Below are positions 57,391 to 64,000 of a DNA stretch of 64,000 bases, in pieces; position 1 is the stretch's first letter; each line of letters opens with the position of its first letter. The notes below the pieces were generated by a model. The model was not told where the DNA came from. It searched no databases and saw nothing but the letters and a program-made list of their open reading frames with translations. Location: assembly GCA_963850305.1 (NCBI GenBank), contig CAWKKR010000008.1:896001-960000 (forward strand), read 5' to 3'. This DNA is from an uncultured delta proteobacterium. GTDB taxonomy: Bacteria; Myxococcota_A; Polyangia; Polyangiales; Polyangiaceae. Position numbers and translations under genes: made by a program.

Positions 57391-59997
57391 GCGCCGACGG
57401 GCTCCACGGTGCCGGCGTCTCCGTCGACCCGGACGCGCTCGCCGTCGCGAAGGAGAAACGGCGCGTCGAACAGTCCCGTGACGACGGGCAGACCGCAATC
57501 CCGTGCGACCACCGCGCTGGACGAAAATGGAGTCCCGAGCCCGGCGACGATGGCCCCCGCGTGCAGAAACAAGGGAACGAGCCCGAGATCGAGACTCGAA
57601 ACGACGAGGACGTCTCCCGCGGAGAACCGGTCGATGCCCTGGAGCCTCGCGCCCAGCCGGACGACGCGACCCTCGCCAACCCCGGCGCTCGTCCGAAGGC
57701 CGTAAAGGACCTGGCTCACGCGCACCGGAAGCCTGCGATGCGGCACTCCGCGAAAGACCGCCGCCGGTGACGGCGTCCTGCGATGCTCGTCGAACTCTGC
57801 CCGGCGCGCACGGACGACCGGTGCAAGGTCTTCACGATACTTCGACACCGCGAGACCAAGCTCGTCCAGCCGCATCATCATCGCGGCGCCGCGCTCGAGC
57901 GTACGGATCGAGTCTCCGGATCCGGCAATCGACGTCGAGCACGACGACGCGCATCAGTCCGAGGCCGCGCGCCACGCGCTCGCGGCAGCGCTCCCGCAAC
58001 CTGAGCAGCTCCCGTTGCCGCGCCACGATATCGCGCACGACACGAGTCTCGAAGAACGACAATCCGCCTTCGAGCGAGGCGAGTTGCCGATCGGCGAGCA
58101 CGCGCGCTCGAGCCACGGCGGCGTCCGGGTCGACGGCGTCAGAGCGAAGCGATGCGCGGAGCATCGCCAGAATGGGAGCTGGATCTCGACCCAGCGAGGC
58201 GTATCGAGCTCCGTCTCCGAGATGGCGCGGTCCCCATACGCACCGAGAAACTGATCGATGGCCCTTCGGAGAGATCCGTCGGGCAGCTCGTCTCGAGTCC
58301 GCGCGTGCGCAAGCAGAGCCGCGCGCGCGGGCTCGTCGTACCGAGCGATGGCCGCGACGTGGCAAAACGCGGCCGCGGGCTTCGCCGTCACCACGTCCGC
58401 CCCGGACGAAACGGCATGGGCGAGCCACGAAGCTCGGCTCGCATCGACCCCGGCCAGCACGGAGGCGAGGAGAGTGTGCCCGCCGAGCGCCGACGCGCTT
58501 GCGCGAGCGTAGAGGCCGTAGGCGCGCGTCAGGAAATCCGCGACCTCATGCAGCGTGGTGGTGAGCGCATCGTCCGGCAGGATCGCCAGATCCATTTCAG
58601 CGAGCCAGCGACGCTCCTGTTCCGCCTCTCGCTCGAAGCGTTTCACGTCGTCCGCGAGCGGGCGTTGCTCCGTCGCGATCTGGGCGATCCGCAGACCGGC
58701 ACGCGCGAGCGACGGACGCCACGCGGGTTCGTGCGCCAGCTCCCGCGACCACTGCCCGGATGCGAGCTCGACGCGGGCGATGGGGTTCGCCGCGTCGTCA
58801 CCGTCGAGGGCGAGCGAGAGGTTGAGATACGCGCGTCCTGCGACGGTCGCGAGAAGGTGCGGCGCCTTCGCGGCACGCGATCCTCGCCCGGGCAGGGCGA
58901 GACGGGCCCGTTCCAGGAGTGGACGAGCCAGCAGGTGCGCGCTGAGCGGCGTGAGCGGCCCGTCCGGGGCCTCGGCAACCGCAGCTCTTCCAAAGAGCGT
59001 CCCCGGCGCGGCTGTCCCCGGAGAACCCCCGTGCTCTGCCGGCTGCACGTCCACGACGACCAGCTGATCTTCGTCGGAAACGACGAGCTCGACCACGGAC
59101 GGGCCGCCTGCGTCCAGCTTGCTGGCAACTGCCGCCAGTTCACGGACACGGGCGTCCGGGAGCAGAATCGCTCGGCGTCGACACCGGAATGAAGGACAGC
59201 GACCCCTCGTGCACGATCAGGTAGCGCTCCTCCGCCGCGGGGCGGGACGCCTGGATCGACCCATCGTCCGCGAAGGACGCGACCTGCGCCGTCGAAAGAT
59301 CGACGTCACGGTGGGACAGCCCGCTGACGGCTATCGCCAGACGACGGGGCACGGCCCGGAGGTCGCGGGGCACCTCCAGCATTCGTGCATCGGTGACGAG
59401 GACGATGCTCTCCTTGACCACGATGACAGGCTGTATGAGCACGGCGAGCGCGATATCCCGTATCCGGCGTGCGCGCAGGTAATGGAGCGTCGATTCCGTC
59501 GCTGCTGCCGCCCAGACCCGGCGGATCGCGTGGCCGAGACCTTCGCGGCTGAACACGGCGAGCTCGGTCGCAGCAAGACCCGCCGCACGTGCGACCCCCT
59601 GATCGGAGACAATCGCGCTCGCGCGGACCGCGAGACCCCACGGCGCCCCGTCCGACAGGGTCTGGAACGCGCGATCGAGCTCACGTTCCACGTCGGTTTC
59701 CAGCGCCGCGTCGAAGAGGGCTTCGCGGGCATGTGCGGCGCGCTCGACGCCTAGCGGGCGCTGGATGGTGCGCAGGAGCGACGACGGCTCGTGGCCCGGA
59801 GGCAACACTGCCTGGACGGCTTGTCTGAAGACGTCCGCCACGACGACCCACGTTTCCGGGATCGCAACGCCCAGTCGTTCGACCGAAACGAGCGCGCGAC
59901 CGAGCGCGCCCACCTGCGCGTCGCGACGGCCCATCGCCGAGGCGAGGTCCGCGAGCGGCACGACCGCGCTCGGACGGTTACGACCGAATCGGGCCAT
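57387..59997 (-). pseudogene. PEP-synthase / rifampin-phosphotransferase-like protein with three frameshifts
   Basis: PPDK-N-like domain (LAVRASA, AIRRVWA, AVLIQP), central YGDRAISETEL..PRW and a swivel domain (GDVLV...VVARDCGLPVV...VDGDAGTV). Indels at about 59180, 58185 and 57902. Confidence 0.8.
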
Positions 59998-60008
59998 TCT
60001 CGGAGTCG

Positions 60009-60362
60009 TCAGTCCGTTCTCGGCGTTGGAATCGATCCGGTCGTTCGTCGGACGAGCTCGGCGAGAACGGGGTCGGTCGCCAGCTCGTCACGAAGAGTTT
60101 GGCGCACGAAGTCGAGTTGCGCCGCAGGAAGGCGCCCGTCGAGATGACGGACCGCGTCGTCAACGCGCGCGTCGAGGTACTGGTTGAGGTCTATCTCGCC
60201 GCGTTCGAGGCGCTCGAGGGCGGGGCTCGGCGCGGGTCCTGACGCCGCGTGGGGGGCGTCCGCCCCCTTTGCGGCTTCCGCTCTCACCTCGCGAACACCA
60301 GGGTCGGCCGTTCCGACGCTGCGAACGGGTCGTCCAGGACCGTCGATTCCGTCTACGCCCAT
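60009..60362 (-). CDS. Small hypothetical protein
   Basis: ATG start, GC3 bias and helical C-terminus GEIDLNQYLDARV...DPVLAELV. Confidence 0.65.
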   Translation of the reverse strand: MGVDGIDGPGRPVRSVGTADPGVREVRAEAAKGADAPHAASGPAPSPALERLERGEIDLNQYLDARVDDAVRHLDGRLPAAQLDFVRQTLRDELATDPVLAELVRRTTGSIPTPRTD

Positions 60363-60499
60363 GATTGCATCTTACCGATTTCGGCCGTGTTCGCCGCTCG
60401 GCCCTTCGAATCCCCCGAATTGAGGCTCGAACGGCGGAAAACGACTGCCCGACGTGGCACTCGTTCGGACGGCCCGCGCCACGGGTTGCGTGAAATCCG

Positions 60500-61477
60500 T
60501 CAGATCCCGAACCACGGCGCCGCGTTGACGGTCTCCGCGCCATGGCGAATCTCGAAGAACAGGACCGGCCCCCGGTCGCCCGTCCCGACGCGGCCAATCC
60601 GGTCGCCGGTCCGCAGCTCGGACCCCACCTCGACGTCGATACTCGAGAGATTTCCGCTGACCGTATAGTAGCCAGACCCGTGGTCGATGATGACGGCGCG
60701 GCCATAATCGGCGTACGTGTCCGCGAACGCCACTCGGCCCGGATAGACGGCGTGCACCGCCGCACCGAGCGCGGCCACCATTTCCAGTCGCGGACCGGCG
60801 CGGCCACCGTGAGCAGGTCGAATCTCGACGCGGCCCTCGATCGGGAAGGGGAGTCGGCCCTTCAGCGACGCGAAATCGCCGGGTGCGTCGGATGGGTCCG
60901 CCGGACCGAGGAGCGACCCGTAGACTGCCGTGTGCCGAACCAGCTCGTGGCTCGTGAGGAATGCGCTCCGGAAAGCGGACTCTCGCTCTTCGGCGGCCGC
61001 GATGGCCACGTGCGAACGCGCGAGCGCCGCGTGCTCGGATTCGAGAACGGCGCGGCGATCTTCCAGACTCTCGCGCCGCTTCGCGAGCTCGATCCGCTCG
61101 GTCGAAATCCGGCGTTCGCGATCCAGATCGCGCGCTAGCGCTTGCCTCAATCGTTCGACGCGCGAGGCGTGGTCCACGAGTGCGTCGAGCCCACCGCCGA
61201 CGGGGAGCAACCCCGCCCGCGCGAGCCGGACGTAGCTTCGCGCGCGAAGAATCAGGAGCGTGTGCACACGCGCGGCTTCCGCCGAAAGCTCGCTCATGCG
61301 GTCCGACACCTTCTTGTCCTCCGCGCCCACGCGATCGAGCACGGACTCGACGTCATCCGCCGTGGCGGGCATGGGCGATTCCTCACGATCGGGCTGGGGA
61401 GCCATGTCCGTCGTGGACGGCACGGCGGCCGCGGACGCGGTCGTCAAGAGGAGCACGGCGAGAACCCGGGGCTTCAC
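60500..61477 (-). CDS. envC: EnvC-like murein hydrolase activator (coiled coil plus degenerate M23)
   Basis: KGRLPFPIEG, YGRAVIIDHG and LFFEIR. The zinc-binding His residues are absent. Lies downstream of ftsX. Confidence 0.8.
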   Translation of the reverse strand: MKPRVLAVLLLTTASAAAVPSTTDMAPQPDREESPMPATADDVESVLDRVGAEDKKVSDRMSELSAEAARVHTLLILRARSYVRLARAGLLPVGGGLDALVDHASRVERLRQALARDLDRERRISTERIELAKRRESLEDRRAVLESEHAALARSHVAIAAAEERESAFRSAFLTSHELVRHTAVYGSLLGPADPSDAPGDFASLKGRLPFPIEGRVEIRPAHGGRAGPRLEMVAALGAAVHAVYPGRVAFADTYADYGRAVIIDHGSGYYTVSGNLSSIDVEVGSELRTGDRIGRVGTGDRGPVLFFEIRHGAETVNAAPWFGI

Positions 61478-61485
61478 GGCTTCCT

Positions 61486-62355
61486 TCAGACGAGGAGCAG
61501 CTTGCGGAGGCTACCGTAAGCCGCGAGTGCGCCGAGCAAGCCTCCCGTCGCGATCATCGCGACGGTCGCGTGCCACGGCAGAAAGCGCGGGGTGAGCCCG
61601 ACGAGAAGCCCCAGCTCCCCGTCGAAGCGCGTCCGCACGATGAGGAACAAGGCGAAGACGAGCGCGACGGCAAAGAGCGACCCGATCGCTCCCTGGACGG
61701 CCCCTTCGATGATGAACGGACCTCGCACGTAATCGTCCGTGGCCCCGACGAGCTTCATCACCTCGACCTCGATGCGCCGACGCTGCAGGGACAGGCGGAT
61801 CGTCGAAGCCACGACGCTCACCACCGCCGCCAGCACGACCGCGGCGAGGAGCGCCGCTGCCACGACGCCGGCGTGGAGCAAGGAACCCAGGCGCTCGGTC
61901 CAGGATTGGTACGTCTCCACGGACTCGACCGCCGGGAGCGCGGAGAGCGTGGCCGAGAGCCGGTCGACCCCGGCCTGGCTCACGTCGTCGTCGAGAGCAA
62001 CCTCGAGCGACGCCGGGAAGGCATCCGACGGCAACGCCGACAGGATCGCATCCGAACGATCCCCGAGGACCTCGCGGCGCGCGGCGTCGGAATCGACGTA
62101 TTTCACGCCGCGCACTTTCGGCGTGCTCCGCAGCGCTTGCTCGAGCTCCGCGATCGCGTCCTGGCTCGCGCCCTGCTTGAGATAGACGGACGCGCGCCCG
62201 GCGCGGGCCCAGGCGTCGCGAAGCGCCTCGACGTTCACGACGACGAGCAGCGCCGCGCCCATGCATACGAACGCGACCGCCACGCTGAAGATGCTCAGGA
62301 AGTGCAGGCGCCAATCGCCGCGCCCGCCGCGCCACGCTCGCTCGAGTGGAGTCAT
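61486..62355 (-). CDS. ftsX: Cell division ABC permease FtsX
   Basis: Four TM segments, FPASLEV and EVMKLVGAT..YVRGPFIIEG. Confidence 0.9.
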   Translation of the reverse strand: MTPLERAWRGGRGDWRLHFLSIFSVAVAFVCMGAALLVVVNVEALRDAWARAGRASVYLKQGASQDAIAELEQALRSTPKVRGVKYVDSDAARREVLGDRSDAILSALPSDAFPASLEVALDDDVSQAGVDRLSATLSALPAVESVETYQSWTERLGSLLHAGVVAAALLAAVVLAAVVSVVASTIRLSLQRRRIEVEVMKLVGATDDYVRGPFIIEGAVQGAIGSLFAVALVFALFLIVRTRFDGELGLLVGLTPRFLPWHATVAMIATGGLLGALAAYGSLRKLLLV

Positions 62356-62364
62356 TTCATTGCC

Positions 62365-63153
62365 TCACGCGACTTGAAGACTGACGAGCTCGGCATCTCC
62401 GGCGAGCCCTTCGGGCGCATCCATCGCCTTGCCGTCGTCGAGAACGACGACCCGCCGCGGCCGAACGTCGAGCAGCGACCAATCGTGCGTCGCGAAGAGC
62501 ACCGTCACGCCCGTCTCGTGGATGTCCTCGAGCAGGCCGAGGATGTCGATGGCAAGCTGCGGGTCGAGGTTACCCGTCGGCTCGTCCGCGAGCAGGAGCG
62601 CCGGCTCGCCGACGATGGCGCGGGCGACCGCGACTCGTTGCTGTTCGCCCCCCGAGAGCGTTGCCGCGACGTCCATCCCGCGCCCCCCTAGACCGACGAG
62701 TTCGAGCACTTCGCCGACCCGCTTGCGAATGAGGCGCGGCGACACGCCCAGCACTTCGAGCGACAGTGCGACGTTCTGCCAGGCCGTCCAATTGCCGATG
62801 AGCTTGAAGTCCTGGAAGATGATGCCGATGTTCCGACGTAGGTAAGGAACCGACGAGGGAGTAAGCCGTCCTACGTCGCGACCCATGAAAAGGATCCGGC
62901 CGCCGTCGACACTCTCGGCGGCGTACAGGAGGCGAAGGAGGGTGCTCTTGCCGGCGCCCGATGGCCCGGTGAAGAAAACGAACTCGCCGCGTTCGATCGT
63001 GAGGTTCAAGCCGCGGAGGACCGGGGAGTCCGCCCGATACGCCTTGTGGACGTCCTCGAAGACCAGCAGAGGACGACGAGCTGCGTCCGCATCGAACCGC
63101 TCGCCCTTCCTGAGCATCGGCCGAAACGAACCGCCGGCCTTTGCGCGCATCAT
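62365..63153 (-). CDS. ftsE: Cell division ATP-binding protein FtsE
   Basis: GPSGAGKST, LRRNIGIIFQDFKL, LSGGEQQR and LADEPTGNLD. Confidence 0.93.
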   Translation of the reverse strand: MMRAKAGGSFRPMLRKGERFDADAARRPLLVFEDVHKAYRADSPVLRGLNLTIERGEFVFFTGPSGAGKSTLLRLLYAAESVDGGRILFMGRDVGRLTPSSVPYLRRNIGIIFQDFKLIGNWTAWQNVALSLEVLGVSPRLIRKRVGEVLELVGLGGRGMDVAATLSGGEQQRVAVARAIVGEPALLLADEPTGNLDPQLAIDILGLLEDIHETGVTVLFATHDWSLLDVRPRRVVVLDDGKAMDAPEGLAGDAELVSLQVA

Positions 63154-63313
63154 GGACGGGAGGTACCAGCCGAAAGACGCCCGGAACAACTTTTCGGCGC
63201 GCTCGAGACCGCCCCGTTGGAGCCGCATCGGACGGCTTGGCCCGGAAAAAAAGAAGGGGGCTGCCGCTCCGGAAAATGCCGTGTACTGTAGCGACTTCCT
63301 CGGAGGAGGACGG

Positions 63314-64000
63314 ATGAGCGACCCCGTCAACAACGCACGAAATGCCCGGGAACGACTGGCCCACGCCCTCGGCGCTCTCCAGCAGCCCGGGGTTCCGCCG
63401 GCCCTGCTCGGCGTCGCCGAGCCCGTCGCCCAAGCCATGAGCGCGCTGCATCAAATCGAAGCTTCGCACGGCGCCGCGACGGCTCAGTCCGCGCCGAAGG
63501 CGCTCGACGGCGTTCGGCGCGCACTCGGCTCGCTGCAAGCAGACGCCAGTGGGCACCCCGCCGTGGTGCAAGCAATCGAAGCGGTCGCGGGCTCCCTCGG
63601 TATGATTCACGCGCTGAGCGCCGCTCCCGTGGCGGCACAGCCTGGGCCCGCCGCGGCGTTTCCCGCGGCTCAACCGGCTCCCGTCCGTGGCGGTCTCGGC
63701 TTCGCGGGAACGATTGCTGCCGAAGCACCCGGAGCGCACCCACCGCCGACACAGCCGTCGGCGGCTCTCCGCGCCCAGCAAGCGGCCCACGCGCGACCCG
63801 CACCGGTCCACCAGGCGCCTCCGCAGGCGGCGCCCGCTGCCCGCGCACCCGCCCAGCACCCTGCGCCCGCGCCGGCTGCAGCCGTACCTGTCGCTGCGGG
63901 GAATTTGCTGCGCATGAACGCCGAACTCGGGGTGCACAGCGCGACGAATTTCTACAAGGGCCTGAGCGGAAATGATCTCTTCGACTCGGGCGGCATCTTC
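63314..64000 (+). CDS. Partial CDS with Pro/Ala linker and TIGR02266/PilZ-like C-terminal domain, running off the window
   Basis: GGAGGAGG RBS precedes ATG at 63314. Open to the window end, reading ELGVHSATNFYKGLSGNDLFDSGGIF. Confidence 0.75.
   Translation, partial: MSDPVNNARNARERLAHALGALQQPGVPPALLGVAEPVAQAMSALHQIEASHGAATAQSAPKALDGVRRALGSLQADASGHPAVVQAIEAVAGSLGMIHALSAAPVAAQPGPAAAFPAAQPAPVRGGLGFAGTIAAEAPGAHPPPTQPSAALRAQQAAHARPAPVHQAPPQAAPAARAPAQHPAPAPAAAVPVAAGNLLRMNAELGVHSATNFYKGLSGNDLFDSGGIF

Noticed and set aside
60395..60430. TTCGAATCCC resembling a tRNA T-loop
   Set aside because: No pairing T-stem, cloverleaf or CCA end could be built.
60500..60900. Loss of zinc ligands in the M23 domain as a novelty
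   Set aside because: This is the expected state for EnvC next to ftsEX.
1..64000. Mobile elements, prophage, defence systems, rRNA
   Set aside because: No transposase, integrase, phage, nuclease, reverse transcriptase or rRNA signatures were recognised by eye.

Overview
High-GC chromosomal window whose gene content suggests a myxobacterium of the Polyangiaceae/Sorangium type. This is inferred from many lipoproteins with Gly/Ser/Thr-rich linkers, vWA lipoproteins, FHA and Ser/Thr kinase genes and a TIGR02266-like PilZ protein. The left ~32 kb is accessory: a lipoprotein plus di-heme peroxidase pair, a small surface-polysaccharide cluster (acyltransferase, GT-like, Wzx flippase), a P-type ATPase, a hybrid histidine kinase, a four-gene lipoprotein/beta-barrel/ECF sigma/anti-sigma operon, lipid-anchored GH10, GH5 and GH12 hydrolases, and two decayed gene remnants (VOC/PhnB-like and a GH30 C-terminus). 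The right ~32 kb is mostly housekeeping: sppA, proB, lepB-like, pcnB, coaX, lgt, an RluA-family synthase and ftsE-ftsX-envC. Six single-base indels split four otherwise intact genes, one of which has no full-length ORF in the track; assembly errors are the likeliest cause. Several enzyme homologs appear to have lost catalytic residues. I found no rRNA, tRNA, CRISPR array, transposase or integrase. The best candidate for an uncharacterised system is the ECF operon at 17.3-20.5 kb, which may be a TonB-independent, glycan-sensing trans-envelope signalling module flanked by xylanase genes. All family calls come from motif recognition by eye, without database searches.
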